From: Thermoplasmata archaeon
Lineage (GTDB): Archaea; Thermoplasmatota; Thermoplasmata; Lutacidiplasmatales; UBA184
Direction of reading: 5' to 3'
Length of the DNA stretch: 64,000 nt
Assembly: GCA_027315165.1 (NCBI GenBank)
Contig: DAHUYN010000007.1
Span: 10,260-74,259, forward strand
In this document: in pieces, positions 1 to 9,983 of the stretch
Layout: the number at the start of each line of letters is the position of its first letter
Position numbering within the stretch: the first letter of the stretch is position 1
Position numbers and translations under genes: made by a program
Notes under the pieces: generated by a model
What the model was told of the DNA's origin: nothing
Databases searched by the model: none
Seen by the model: the letters and a program-made list of their open reading frames with translations, nothing else

Positions 1-122
1 GGCTCGACGAGCGGATGCGACGGGAGGACGCCCGCCACCGCTCCTCGGGGACGAGCGCGAGGTCCTCGGAGGAGAGCCGCGAGATCCTCCGGCACGAGCT
101 CCGGCTCCCCCTCGACGTCTGA
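1..122 (+). CDS. 3' end of a CDS entering the window (unknown product)
   Basis: Open frame from position 3 (LDERMRRED...EILRHELRLPLDV) ending in TGA at 120-122, with host-like codon usage. Confidence 0.4.
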   Translation, partial: LDERMRREDARHRSSGTSARSSEESREILRHELRLPLDV

Positions 123-240
123 CGGGTCCGCCAGCGCGGGACGCGGGCGCCGCCCTCGTCCTCGCGCAGGACGGCAGGGTCTCGCGAGGTCACGCCGGCT
201 TCCGCGCGAGGCTATATCGAAGCGGGGGACTCAAGACGCC

Positions 241-1032
241 ATGCGCGAGCTCCTCGCCCACGTCCAGTTCCGCGGCACGATCCGGGAGCGGTCGGTCGAG
301 CCGTACCTCCGGCTGCTCGCCCATCTGCGCGACAAGCGGCGCATCAAGGGCGTTCTCCTCGACATCTCGAGCGGCGGCGGTGGCGATATCCCGTCGACCG
401 ACTTCTACCTCGCCGTCAAGCGCCTCGACCGCGTCAAGCCCGTCGTCGCGTCGATCGGGGCGATCGGCGCGTCGGGCGCCTACATGGCCGCGCTCGGCGC
501 CCGCCGGGTCTACGCCTACCCCGACTCCGAGGTCGGCTCGATCGGGGTCGTCTACCCGCACCTCGCCCTCCGGGGCCTCCTCGCCAAGCTCGGCGTCGAG
601 GTCGAGCTCCTCCACGAGGGGCGGCACAAGGACGCCTACCAGGGGCTGAGACCGCTCACCGACGAGGAGCGAGGGAAGCTGCAGGCCGTCGCGCACGACA
701 GCTACGGCTCGTTCGTCGCGCTCGTCGCCAAGGAGCGTCACAAGAGCCCCGAGGAGATCCTGCCGCTCGCGACCGGCGAGTTCTGGTCCGGCGCCACGGC
801 GCTCCGGCTCGGCCTCGTCGATGCGCTCGGCGACCGGACCGAGGCGCTCGAGGAGCTCGGCCGCCTCACGGGGGTCCCCGTTGGCAAGGCCGTCTCGGTC
901 CAGCCTCCACGGCCGTTCTTCGACCGGCTGTTCTCGAGCGGGATGTCCTCGGTCGGCGGCGGCCTCTCGACCGCGCTCCGGGACGGCGTCGAGGACGCTC
1001 TCTACGAGTCGCTCGTCGGGCTGCGTCGATAG
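241..1032 (+). CDS. sppA: Signal peptide peptidase SppA (peptidase S49)
   Basis: S49 motifs GASGAY, VGSIGV, GRHKD and ATGEFWSGATALRLGLVDALG; TATA-like TATAT at 213-217. Confidence 0.9.
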   Translation: MRELLAHVQFRGTIRERSVEPYLRLLAHLRDKRRIKGVLLDISSGGGGDIPSTDFYLAVKRLDRVKPVVASIGAIGASGAYMAALGARRVYAYPDSEVGSIGVVYPHLALRGLLAKLGVEVELLHEGRHKDAYQGLRPLTDEERGKLQAVAHDSYGSFVALVAKERHKSPEEILPLATGEFWSGATALRLGLVDALGDRTEALEELGRLTGVPVGKAVSVQPPRPFFDRLFSSGMSSVGGGLSTALRDGVEDALYESLVGLRR

Positions 1033-1090
1033 GCGCGCCGTCCCCGCCCCGGCGCGAGGGATAAATACCCCGCCCTCGTGGTAGGTCCCG

Positions 1091-1255
1091 ATGGCCCCTG
1101 ACTCCCAGAAGAGCGGCTTCCACTCCGCCGCCGGTCTCATCCAGTACTACGACATGGAGGAGACGCGGGCGCTCAAGATCGACCCGTACATCGTCCTCAC
1201 GCTCGGCATCGGGGCCGCGATCCTCGTCGAGGTCCTGAACTGGAAGCTCGCCTGA
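1091..1255 (+). CDS. secG: Preprotein translocase subunit Sec61-beta/SecG (54 aa, not in the ORF track)
   Basis: Translation MAPDSQKSGFHSAAGLIQYYDMEETRALKIDPYIVLTLGIGAAILVEVLNWKLA matches the archaeal Sec61-beta pattern (SAAGLI.YY...KIDP plus C-terminal TM); ATAAATA at 1061-1067. Confidence 0.9.
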   Translation: MAPDSQKSGFHSAAGLIQYYDMEETRALKIDPYIVLTLGIGAAILVEVLNWKLA

Positions 1256-1292
1256 GCGGGCCGTAGCGGCCGCCCGCAACGACCCGACGCCG

Positions 1293-3827
1293 TCAGCGGC
1301 GCGTCCGTCGCGGTCCTCGTCGGCGTCCCCGACGGACCGCCGCGACGACCGCGAGCAGAACCCCGATCGCGGCGAGCGCACCGACGCCCAGCCACAGGCC
1401 CGACGGGAGCAAGCTCGAGGTCGCGGCGCCGCCGCCCGCCGGCGGGGTCGCGTGGGTCCCGCCCCCGGGCGGAGAGCCGGTGCCGTTCGCCGGCGCGGCG
1501 AGGACCGTGAGGGTGAGCGTCGCGTTCGCGTCGTAGCCGAGGGCATCGTGCACCTCGAGCGAGACGTTCCACGTTCCGACGCCGAGCGTGGGGGTCGCCG
1601 TCGCGGCCGTCGACGCACCGCCGGCCCATGACCAGTCGTACGTGTACGGCGCCTCGCCGCCGAAGACCGAGGCGGCGAGCTGCGGCGCGAACGGCGCCTC
1701 ACCGGCGGTCTCGCCGGTGCTGATCCCCGCCGAGAGCGACGGTAGGACGACGACCTGCCCGCGCTGGTCGACGGACCGGCCGAGCGAGTCGGTGACGCTC
1801 GCGACGACGTCGTACGTCCCCGGGCCGGCGTAGGTGTGGAAGAGCGTGCCGCTCCCGTACGCCTGACCCCCGTCCCCGAAGGAGACCTGGACCGGCGAGG
1901 GGTCGGCGCCGCCGGTCACGCTCACCTCGAACGTCGCCGTGAACGGAGCCTCCCCGGTGGCCGAGGACGGAGTGAGGCGGAGGCCGAGCACCGGGAGCGG
2001 CATCGCGACGACGGTCGCGTACGGGACGTCGGCGAGGATCAGCTCGCCGTTCGCGAGAAGCGACCCGGCGAGGTCCGAGGCGGCGCCGTCGACCGGCCCG
2101 GCTCCGGCGGCGACGCACGCGGCGGCCGCGCATCGGAGCAGGGTGAGGTTGCCGGTGGCTCCCGGCGCGGGGACGACGTCGAACGACACCGTCCAGGAGT
2201 CCCCGGGCAAGAGGACGTTCTCCGAGGGGACGGCGCTCCAGTTCCAGCCGACCCCGACGACGCCGGAGCGGTTCGAGACCGACGGCGTCTGCTCGCAGGA
2301 GGCGTTCGGCGCGCCGGGCGCGGCCGAGCAGACCGCCGAGTACGCCGGGGCCGCCGCGAGCGCCACGTCGGGTCCGAGAAGGAGCGAGAGGAACGGAGCG
2401 GGTCCCGGCGTCACCATCGCGGCGCCGGGAGGTCCCAGGCTCACGTTCGCGATCGCCGAGACGAGGCCGGGGTCCGCGACCGAGCTCGAGTAGTTGCGGT
2501 AGGTCATCGAGCCCGCGGTCCCGTTGCACGAGGCGAACGTCGGCCCGTCCCAGCTGCCGCCCGTCGCGAGCGCCAGGTCGCAGCCGGCTTTGAGGATGGA
2601 CGCCGAATCGTTCGCGGGTATGCTCGCGTTCGTCGTCGACGGCCAGCCCTTCGAGTGGGGGTCGGTCGGCGTATCCCAGACGTCGAGGGCGTCGATCACG
2701 CAGCGCCCGAGGGCGGAGTGGGTGCAGTCGGACGAGGCCGCGGCGAGGGCCGCGATCGAGTGGCTCGCGTTCCCGTCCTGGCTCGAAACCCATCCCTCGC
2801 AGTTGGGGCTCGCCCCCGTCGTGAAGGTGTAGATCGGCTCGCAGGTCGATCCCGAGCAGTTGGTGGAATAGTAGTAGGTCGCGGGAGAGCCGCAGTAGTC
2901 CACCGGGTAGCCGGGGTCGCGGGGCGCTGTCGATCCGAGCAGGACGAGCACGTGCTGGGCGTTCGCGCTCCAGTTCAGGCCCGCCCCCTCGAGCGCCCCG
3001 TAGAGCGCCGTGATCTCGGAGGAGGCGAGGAAGTTGTCGGAGAGGTCGGAGTCGGGGAGGGTCATCGAGGGTCGGTCGAGCACCCCCGAGCTGGCGTTGA
3101 GGAGCGTCGCGTTCACCGCATTCGGGAACGACGAGGCCGTCGTGAAGTTCCCGACGTCGACGTGGAAGGGGAAGCCGTCGCCGTCGTCGAAGGACGTGAG
3201 CGTCGCGAAGTAGTCGACGAGACCGAACGTCAGCTCGTCGGTGGGGTGGGCAGCGGCGAGCGCGGAGACGACGGTCCCGGAGTATGACGCGAACGTCGGG
3301 TCCAGGCTCGACTCCTCGCAGAGCGGCTTGCCGTTCGACTGCCCGCACGCGTCGCGGCCGGGGTCGGCGGCGCTCGCGTCGTACGCGCCGTCGTACGGGG
3401 TCGTCTCGAGGAGGAACAGCACCTGGACGCGGCCCGAGACGTTCCCGGTGACGGCGTTCCCCGTGCCGCTGCCGTAGGAGGTCGTGAGGGAGACCCGGGC
3501 GGCGCCGGTACCGGCCGGGCAGGTCGGCCACGTCGTCGGGCAGACCGTGGCGGGCGCCACGCCGACCGAGACCGAGGCGTTCGGCGTCGCGGTATCGGGT
3601 GACGACCCCGCCGCGCGGGCGTCGGGGACCCCCGCGACGAGCGCGAGGCCCGTCGACCCTCCCGGCCGGGCGGGGGCCCCGAAGCCGGGGACCGTCGCGA
3701 TGCCGCCCACCAGGAGGAGCACCGGGACGAGGAGCGCGGCCGCGAGAGTGGCGCGACCGGGTCGGGGCTCCCGGTCAGGCAGAGCGCGGGACCGCGGACG
3801 GTCGGCGCCCTCGCGGCGAGGGCACAT
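1293..3827 (-). CDS. Large secreted, membrane-anchored surface protein with a vWA-like domain and C-terminal PKD domains
   Basis: N-terminal hydrophobic signal. vWA-like strands VLFLLETT, FGLVDYF and WSANAQHVLVLLG. PKD motifs FGDG...HTYAGPGTYDVVASVTDSLG and GGEAPYTYDWSW. C-terminal TM plus basic tail. Many Cys and N-x-S/T sequons. Confidence 0.75.
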   Translation of the reverse strand: MCPRREGADRPRSRALPDREPRPGRATLAAALLVPVLLLVGGIATVPGFGAPARPGGSTGLALVAGVPDARAAGSSPDTATPNASVSVGVAPATVCPTTWPTCPAGTGAARVSLTTSYGSGTGNAVTGNVSGRVQVLFLLETTPYDGAYDASAADPGRDACGQSNGKPLCEESSLDPTFASYSGTVVSALAAAHPTDELTFGLVDYFATLTSFDDGDGFPFHVDVGNFTTASSFPNAVNATLLNASSGVLDRPSMTLPDSDLSDNFLASSEITALYGALEGAGLNWSANAQHVLVLLGSTAPRDPGYPVDYCGSPATYYYSTNCSGSTCEPIYTFTTGASPNCEGWVSSQDGNASHSIAALAAASSDCTHSALGRCVIDALDVWDTPTDPHSKGWPSTTNASIPANDSASILKAGCDLALATGGSWDGPTFASCNGTAGSMTYRNYSSSVADPGLVSAIANVSLGPPGAAMVTPGPAPFLSLLLGPDVALAAAPAYSAVCSAAPGAPNASCEQTPSVSNRSGVVGVGWNWSAVPSENVLLPGDSWTVSFDVVPAPGATGNLTLLRCAAAACVAAGAGPVDGAASDLAGSLLANGELILADVPYATVVAMPLPVLGLRLTPSSATGEAPFTATFEVSVTGGADPSPVQVSFGDGGQAYGSGTLFHTYAGPGTYDVVASVTDSLGRSVDQRGQVVVLPSLSAGISTGETAGEAPFAPQLAASVFGGEAPYTYDWSWAGGASTAATATPTLGVGTWNVSLEVHDALGYDANATLTLTVLAAPANGTGSPPGGGTHATPPAGGGAATSSLLPSGLWLGVGALAAIGVLLAVVAAVRRGRRRGPRRTRR

Positions 3828-3933
3828 GGGAGGCCGGTACGGGCCCCGGGATATCAATTCGACCTGGCGGTACGCCGATCTTGAGCGCTGCGACCCCTTG
3901 TACGACGCGACGTCCGCGTCGGGACCGCGCCGA

Positions 3934-4923
3934 TCAGGCGGTGCCGCCCGCGACCGCGAGCGGTCCGAGCCCGGGGAGGAACCGGGCGACGCCCTCCCGG
4001 CCGAGGAGGAAGACCTTCGACTCCGGGGACTCGTCGAGGATCGGGTAGCCGACGCGCGCGGCGAGCGCGCGCGCGAACGTCCCGACCTCCTCGTGCGTCG
4101 GCACGTGCGGGCGCCCGAGCCGCTGGCGGGAGCGGCCCATGTACACGTAGCCCTTCGGTTCGATGAAGTCGGGGCGCGCGAGAAGGTCGAGCTCGGCGTA
4201 CTGCTCGCTCCACCCGAGATTCCAGCCGCGGACGAGGGTGTGTCGGAGCACGCGGCGCGTCCGGAGCCCCCGGAGGATCCCGAGCGACTCGACCAGCCGG
4301 TCCCAGGCGTGCGGGTCGGTCGGCATCGTGAGGCGCTGGAAGACCTCGCGGTTCGGCGCGGTCACCGACAGGTAGAGCTGCGTCGGCAGCGGGTCGAGGG
4401 CGCGGAGCCCGTCCGGGTTCGTCCCGTTCGTCACCAGGAACGTCGTGATGCCGCGCTCGTGGCAGAGCTCGAGGAACCGGTTCATCTTCGGGTAGAGCGT
4501 CGGCTCGCCGGTGAGGGAGATCGCGATGTGCCGGGGGCTCTGCGACGCCGCCCAGCGCTCCTTCGAGACGCTCGCCTCTCCCTTGAACCCGGAGAGGATC
4601 CGGCGCTGCGCCTCGATCGACCGCTCGAGCAGCCCCTCGGGGTCGTCGTACTCCTCCATCACGGAGTCGTTCTCCCAGCCCTGGTTGCGCCAGCAGAAGC
4701 GACAGTGGAGGTTGCACGAGTCGATCGCCGGCGACATCTGCAGGCACCGGTGCGACTCGATCCCGTAGAACCGGCCCTTGTAGCAGTCGCGTCCCTCGAC
4801 GAGCGACTGACGGGTCCAGTAGCAGAGCTTGACGGCGCTGTGCCGGCCGATGAGCTGGTAGCCCTGCCCGGACAGCTCGGTCGCGAGGTCCTGGTCGCCC
4901 ATCGCGGCGGCTTCGACCGCCAC
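3934..4923 (-). CDS. taw1: 4-demethylwyosine synthase Taw1/TYW1 (radical SAM)
   Basis: HSAVKLCYWT, CYKGRFYGIESHRCLQM, CNLHCRFCWR (CxxxCxxC), AISLTGEPTLY and FIEPKGY. Confidence 0.95.
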   Translation of the reverse strand: MAVEAAAMGDQDLATELSGQGYQLIGRHSAVKLCYWTRQSLVEGRDCYKGRFYGIESHRCLQMSPAIDSCNLHCRFCWRNQGWENDSVMEEYDDPEGLLERSIEAQRRILSGFKGEASVSKERWAASQSPRHIAISLTGEPTLYPKMNRFLELCHERGITTFLVTNGTNPDGLRALDPLPTQLYLSVTAPNREVFQRLTMPTDPHAWDRLVESLGILRGLRTRRVLRHTLVRGWNLGWSEQYAELDLLARPDFIEPKGYVYMGRSRQRLGRPHVPTHEEVGTFARALAARVGYPILDESPESKVFLLGREGVARFLPGLGPLAVAGGTA

Positions 4924-5048
4924 CGAGCCATAACGCTTCCGGGAGCCGGGCCCGCCGGTGTGGGACGGGCGCGCGTCCCGAGCGTCCCGGCACGCGCCCG
5001 ACGCCGTTCGGGGCGGCCGCCCCGGTCCGATAAGTAGTACCAGGGCGG

Positions 5049-5672
5049 ATGGCGCCGCCCGTGCAGGCGCCTTCCGAGAGCTCGGTCGAGTCGGCGCTCC
5101 TCCTCGTCGGGATCTTCGTCCTCGTCCTCGGCCGGCGCAGCTATGCGATGGTCCGTGGGACCCCCTACTCGCCGACGCGGATCTACGGGTTCGCCGCCTT
5201 CGCCCTCGTCGTCTACCTCCTGTTCGCGGCGAGCACGTTCGTCCTCGCCTACGCCGAGCTGGGGCTCCTCACCGTCGCGCTCGCCGCCCCGTACGTGCTC
5301 GTCGTGGTCGCTAGCGCGGCGCTCGCTCGGCCGCACGTCCATCGCGTGGTCCGCTTCGAGACGCGCGTCGACGGCCTCACCTACTACCGCATCCCCTGGC
5401 TCGTCCCCGCCGCCTACCTCGCGCTGTTCGCGGCCCGCTTCGCGCTCGAGGTGCTCCTCTTCGGCACGCCGTCGCTGTTCGTCTCGGGGGCGGGCCCGAC
5501 GGCCCCGAGCGGGACGCTCGCGCTCCTCGTCGTCTTCGACCTTCTCTACGGCGCGAGCCTCGGCCTCCTGGTCGGACGCAGCCAGGGGATCGTCGACGCG
5601 TTCCGCGAGCGGGGTCCCGCGAGCGCGCCCCCGGCGCCTCGCGCCCCGTCCGGCGGGGCCGCCTCGCCCTGA
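5049..5672 (+). CDS. Integral membrane protein (DUF1453/CcdC-like), unknown function
   Basis: About 5 hydrophobic segments with a soluble VRFE...YYR loop. The start may instead be GTG at 5061, based on TATA spacing. Confidence 0.6.
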   Translation: MAPPVQAPSESSVESALLLVGIFVLVLGRRSYAMVRGTPYSPTRIYGFAAFALVVYLLFAASTFVLAYAELGLLTVALAAPYVLVVVASAALARPHVHRVVRFETRVDGLTYYRIPWLVPAAYLALFAARFALEVLLFGTPSLFVSGAGPTAPSGTLALLVVFDLLYGASLGLLVGRSQGIVDAFRERGPASAPPAPRAPSGGAASP

Positions 5673-5693
5673 CGGGGAGTGCCGGTCGTCGGG

Positions 5694-7763
5694 CTACGGC
5701 AGCCGGACCCAGCGGAGCGAGAGCGAGTTGAGCACGACCGTGGTCGAGGAGAGGGCCATCGCGATGGCGCCCGTGATCGGCAGCACGTTGTAGACCCCGA
5801 AGCCGAGGAGGGGCACGAGCGCGCCCGCGGCGATCGGCAAGAGCACGGAGTTGTAGCCGAGGGCCCAGGTGAGATTGCCCCGGACCTTGGCGACGGTGCG
5901 CCGCGCGAGCTTGAGCCCCCGCGGCACGCCGAGGAACTCCGGACGGACCAAGAGGATCTGACCGGCCTCCTTGGCGACATCGCTGCCGGTCCCGATCGCG
6001 ATCCCGACGTCCGCGGCCGCGAGCGCCGGGGCATCGTTGACCCCATCTCCGACGAACGCCACCGAGTGGCCCTCGGCGCGGTACCGGGCCACGAGCGCGA
6101 GCTTCCCCGCGGGGGTCGTCCCCGCGTGGACCTTCTGGATCCCGAGGAGCGAGGCGACGGCCCGGGCCGGCGCCTCGGCGTCGCCGGTGACCATCACCGT
6201 CTCGATCCCCATCGCGCGGAGCGCGTCGACCGCGGCCCTTGAGGTCGGACGGACCGGGTCGGCGAACTCGAGAAGGCCGACCGCGCGGCCGTCCGCGAAC
6301 GCGACCGACCCCGAGCGGCCGGCGGCCGCCATCGCGGCGCGGGCCCGCTCGAGTCCCGAGAGGTCCGCGCCCTCCGCCTCGGCGACCGCGGCGGAGACGA
6401 CGCGCACCGTCCGCCCGTCGACGCGACCCGCGACGCCCCGCCCGGGCTCGACGGTCACGCCGATGGGCGCCGGCAGCGCGATCGAGCGGCGGCCGGCCGC
6501 GGTGACGACCGCGCGGGCGAGCGGATGCTCCGAGCCCTGCTCGACGGTCGCGGCGAGCCGGAGGAGCTCGGTCTCCGAGGTCCCCGGCGCGGGCGAGAGG
6601 CCGACGAGCTCGGGCGCCCCCTCCGTGAGCGTGCCGGTCTTGTCGGTGAGCACGATGTCCGCGGTCGCCGCCCGGGTCAGCGCGTCCTCGCCCCGGAACA
6701 GCACGCCGGCCTCGGCCGCGCGTCCCGTGCCGACGACGATCGCCGCCGGTGTGGCGATCCCGAAGGCGCACGGGCAGGCCGTGATCACGACGGAGACGAA
6801 GACGAGCACCGTGACCGTGAGCCCGGCGGCCGCGACGAGGCCCCAGAGCAGCGCTGCGACGACGCCGAGCGTGAGGATCGCCGGGACGAAGGCGGCCGCG
6901 ATCCGGTTCGCGAGCCGCTGGAGCGGGACCCGGCTCGTCTCCGCCTCGTTGAGCAGCTGGCCGACCTGGGCGAGGAAGGTGTCGCCGCCCGTCGCGACCG
7001 CCTCGACCTCGACGAGCCCCTCCCCGTTCACCGAGCTCGCGAGGACCCGGTCCCCCGGGGCCTTCGGACGCGGCATCGGCTCGCCGGTGAGGATCGATTC
7101 GTCGACGGAGCTCCGCCCCTCGACGACGACCCCGTCGACCGGGAACCGCTCGCCGGGCCGCACCCGGAGCCGGTCCCCGACCGCGACCTCTCCGACCGGT
7201 ACCCGCTCCTCGCGTCCGTCACGGAGACGGTTCGCGACGGTCGGGAGGAGCTCGGAGAGCCGACGGAGCGCCCCGGTCGCGCGATGCCGCGTGAGGTGCT
7301 CGAGGTAGTTCCCGGTGAGGATCAGCGCGATGATCAGCGACGAGGCGTCGAAGTAGTAGAGCGCCGGCAGGCGACCGGGGAGCGCGAGCGCCGCGACGCT
7401 GTAGGCGTAGGCGGCCGTCGTCCCGACGGCGATGAGCGTGTCCATGTTCCCCGTCCGAGATCGAAGGGAGTCGTAGGCGCCCCGGTAGAACGACCGACCG
7501 GGGTAGAACTGGACCCCCGTCGCCGCGGCGGCCGCGACGTACGGCGCCCAGGCGAACGGTACGTACGTCGCGACGAGGGCGACGAGCGCGAGCGGCCAGG
7601 CCAGGGCGAGCTCGCGCTTGAGCCGCGCGACCCGCTCCGCCGGGGCGGCGAACGAATCGCGGCAACTGCTCGCGCAGAAGTAGTAGGTCCGATTGTCGCG
7701 GAACAGCGTGAGCGTCGCCGAGCCCTCGTCGACGTACATGCCGCAGACGGGGTCGGTGGCCAT
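5694..7763 (-). CDS. copA: Cu(I)-transporting P1B-type ATPase with N-terminal YHS/TRASH domain
   Basis: DPVCGM...YFCASSC N-terminus; TGEP, ACPCA, DKTGTLT, SEHPLA and GDGVND; TM YN and MALSS motifs of P1B-1 pumps. Confidence 0.95.
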   Translation of the reverse strand: MATDPVCGMYVDEGSATLTLFRDNRTYYFCASSCRDSFAAPAERVARLKRELALAWPLALVALVATYVPFAWAPYVAAAAATGVQFYPGRSFYRGAYDSLRSRTGNMDTLIAVGTTAAYAYSVAALALPGRLPALYYFDASSLIIALILTGNYLEHLTRHRATGALRRLSELLPTVANRLRDGREERVPVGEVAVGDRLRVRPGERFPVDGVVVEGRSSVDESILTGEPMPRPKAPGDRVLASSVNGEGLVEVEAVATGGDTFLAQVGQLLNEAETSRVPLQRLANRIAAAFVPAILTLGVVAALLWGLVAAAGLTVTVLVFVSVVITACPCAFGIATPAAIVVGTGRAAEAGVLFRGEDALTRAATADIVLTDKTGTLTEGAPELVGLSPAPGTSETELLRLAATVEQGSEHPLARAVVTAAGRRSIALPAPIGVTVEPGRGVAGRVDGRTVRVVSAAVAEAEGADLSGLERARAAMAAAGRSGSVAFADGRAVGLLEFADPVRPTSRAAVDALRAMGIETVMVTGDAEAPARAVASLLGIQKVHAGTTPAGKLALVARYRAEGHSVAFVGDGVNDAPALAAADVGIAIGTGSDVAKEAGQILLVRPEFLGVPRGLKLARRTVAKVRGNLTWALGYNSVLLPIAAGALVPLLGFGVYNVLPITGAIAMALSSTTVVLNSLSLRWVRLP

Positions 7764-7800
7764 CGGCGGCTCGGGGCGGGGTCGTCCGACCGGGCGCGCG

Positions 7801-7941
7801 CTACGGGCGGCGCCGGCGCGCCTCGTACGTGCGGCGGCACCCCTCGGCGCAGAAGTAGACCGTCTTGCCGTCGTAGGTACCCTGGGCCGGCGCCTTCTCC
7901 GTGTCGACCATCATCCCACAGACCGGGTCCTTCACCTTCAT
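7801..7941 (-). CDS. Small YHS/TRASH copper chaperone (46 aa)
   Basis: [13 protein letters not shown]...[13 protein letters not shown], immediately upstream of copA; TATA-like element at about 7975. Confidence 0.88.
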   Translation of the reverse strand: MKVKDPVCGMMVDTEKAPAQGTYDGKTVYFCAEGCRRTYEARRRRP

Positions 7942-8040
7942 CGGTCGGCTCCGAGGGAGCATCGCGAGGGCCGATTTAACCTGCCGCTGGTGCGAGGGAC
8001 CGAAAAACCTCTTAGCCCCCGCGAACGCTCGAACGCTGGC

Positions 8041-8364
8041 ATGGTGCGGTCGGTCGACGCGGCGACGCTGGCGCGAGAGCTCGGCCGGGACCCGAGGGCG
8101 GCCGTGCTCCTCGACGTCCGGGACCACGACGAGCGCGCCTACGCGGCGATCGAGCCGTCGCTGTTCATCCCGATGCACGAGGTCCCGCGGCGCCTCCACG
8201 AGCTCCCGCGGGAGGCCCGGATCGTCGTCTACTGCCACCACGGGAGCCGCTCGGAGATGGTCGCGAGCTTCCTCGAGGGGCAGGGGTTCGCCCGCGTCGA
8301 GAACCTGCGCGGCGGGATCGACGGCTGGGCCGCCCACGTCGACCGGGCGATGCCCCGATACTGA
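8041..8364 (+). CDS. Single-domain rhodanese/sulfurtransferase
   Basis: LLDVR...E, IVVYCHHGSRS active loop and NLRGGIDGW. Confidence 0.9.
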   Translation: MVRSVDAATLARELGRDPRAAVLLDVRDHDERAYAAIEPSLFIPMHEVPRRLHELPREARIVVYCHHGSRSEMVASFLEGQGFARVENLRGGIDGWAAHVDRAMPRY

Positions 8365-8428
8365 GGCCCGCCCGCTCGTCGACGACGGGCCGTCCGGGCC
8401 CCGCCGTCCGGGCCTCGCCGTCGGGGCC

Positions 8429-8755
8429 TCAGGCCGGCGGCTCCGCCCGCTCCTCAAAGAGGTCGACGAAGCCCCGCATCCGCCAGTAGGTGACGAGGAA
8501 CTCGTGCCCCCGGGGCGTGACGTCGAACACCGGGTGGCCGTCGCGCTCGCTCCGCGTCATCAAGCCGAGCCGCACGAGGCGGTCGATGGCGACCCGCAGG
8601 CGGTCGACGGGCATTCCGGCGCCGTAGGAGACCCGCGTGATGCGCGCGGTCCCGTGGTAGCGCCGGACGACCTCGAGGATCGTCGCGTAGAGGTCCGTCT
8701 GCTCGCGACGACGGGGCGCGACCGGCCCCTCCGAGCCCTCGAGCGCCGGCGGCAT
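8429..8755 (-). CDS. Winged helix-turn-helix transcriptional regulator (archaeal HTH_45-like)
   Basis: RRR..DLYATILE, ITRVSYGAGM, LVRLGLM and FDVTPRGHEFL. Confidence 0.8.
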   Translation of the reverse strand: MPPALEGSEGPVAPRRREQTDLYATILEVVRRYHGTARITRVSYGAGMPVDRLRVAIDRLVRLGLMTRSERDGHPVFDVTPRGHEFLVTYWRMRGFVDLFEERAEPPA

Positions 8756-8762
8756 GGGTCGG

Positions 8763-9983
8763 TCAGAGGGGGAACGGCGGGAGCGAGGGGATCCGCACCG
8801 GCGGCTCGTCGACCCTCACGCCACGGCCGAGGGTGAGGTTCGTCACGTACTCGATCCGGCCCACGTGCGCGTCGCGCCCGACGTCGACCGAGTCCGCGAC
8901 GATGCGGCGGACCTCGGCGTCGGCGCCGACCTCGACGGAGCGGCCCCAGACCTCGCCGACGTGGCAGCGCCGGCCGAGCTCGACCGTACCGCCGACGAGC
9001 GGACCCTGCACCTCGGAGCCCCGGCCGATCTCGATCGAGTCGGCGCGGAGGCCGCCCTCGGTCGACACCGAGCCGCCGAGCTCGGCGGAGCCCGAGACGC
9101 GGGCGACGCGCGCGCGCATCGCCCCGCCGACCACGAGGCTGCCGGCGGCGAGGGCCCCGCCGACCTCGAGGACGCCCCCGACCTCGAGGGTCCCGCTGAG
9201 GGTGAGGTCCCCCGAGACCTCGAGGACCCCGCCGACCTCGGCGTCGGTCCCGCGGAGGGCCCCGCGCACCTGCGCGAAGCCGCCGACCTCGACCCGCTCG
9301 ACCGCGAGCTCGCCGTTTCCGTCGAGCCGGCCTCCGACCTCGAGGCGCCGGCCGGACGCCGGCCCGAGCTGGACGGTCCCGCCGACCTCGAGCGTGCCGA
9401 ACGTGAGCGGCTTCGTCGAGACGAAGCTGCCCCCGACCTCGATCGTCTCGGAGACGCTCCCGCCCCCGACGACGGCCTTTCCGCCCGCCGAGAGCCGCTC
9501 GAGCGCCGCGTCGGCGAGCTCCGCCGAACCCCCGACCTCGACGGAGCGGGCCCGGGTCCGGCCGCGGACCTCGAGGACGCCTCCCACGCTCACCGAGTCG
9601 GCCTCGAGGTCCGCCGTCGACCGGAAGGTCCCTCCGACCTCGACGTCCCGCAACGACGACGGCGCGGAGAGCTCGAGGCTCCGGTCGACCTCGACGCGCC
9701 CCGCGGTGAGGGGCCCGCGGATCTGCACGCTCGCGTCGTCCGCCCGAAGCTCTTCCTGCACCGTGACGGAGCTCTCGGCGAGAAGGCGACCGCTCTCGAC
9801 CTCGAGACGACGGCACTCGAACGGGGAGAGAAGGTGGGCGCTCCCTTCGAAGGTCGCTCGCCCCGCGACGACGATGCGGCCGCTCGCGTCGGCCGAGACC
9901 TCGACGTCGCCCTCCGCGACGAGGTCGCCGGCGACCTGTCCGAGCGCCGAGCGGGAGCCGCGGCCCAGATGGATGTCGCTCAT
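8763..9983 (-). CDS. Bactofilin-like (polymer-forming cytoskeletal) beta-helix repeat protein, 406 aa
   Basis: ATG at 9983 (MSDIHLGRG...). About 13 repeats of x-[VL]-E-V-G-G-x-hydrophobic spaced about 15-17 aa. C-terminal IEIGRGSEVQGPLVGGTVELG...VGRIEY resembles YhbE/YhbF-type bactofilins. Confidence 0.75.
   Translation of the reverse strand: MSDIHLGRGSRSALGQVAGDLVAEGDVEVSADASGRIVVAGRATFEGSAHLLSPFECRRLEVESGRLLAESSVTVQEELRADDASVQIRGPLTAGRVEVDRSLELSAPSSLRDVEVGGTFRSTADLEADSVSVGGVLEVRGRTRARSVEVGGSAELADAALERLSAGGKAVVGGGSVSETIEVGGSFVSTKPLTFGTLEVGGTVQLGPASGRRLEVGGRLDGNGELAVERVEVGGFAQVRGALRGTDAEVGGVLEVSGDLTLSGTLEVGGVLEVGGALAAGSLVVGGAMRARVARVSGSAELGGSVSTEGGLRADSIEIGRGSEVQGPLVGGTVELGRRCHVGEVWGRSVEVGADAEVRRIVADSVDVGRDAHVGRIEYVTNLTLGRGVRVDEPPVRIPSLPPFPL

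Noticed and set aside
8900-9700. Recurring CCGACCTCGA-like DNA repeats that could look like a CRISPR or tandem array
   Set aside because: They are the codons for the EVGG protein repeats; imperfect, in frame and without a spacer structure or cas genes.
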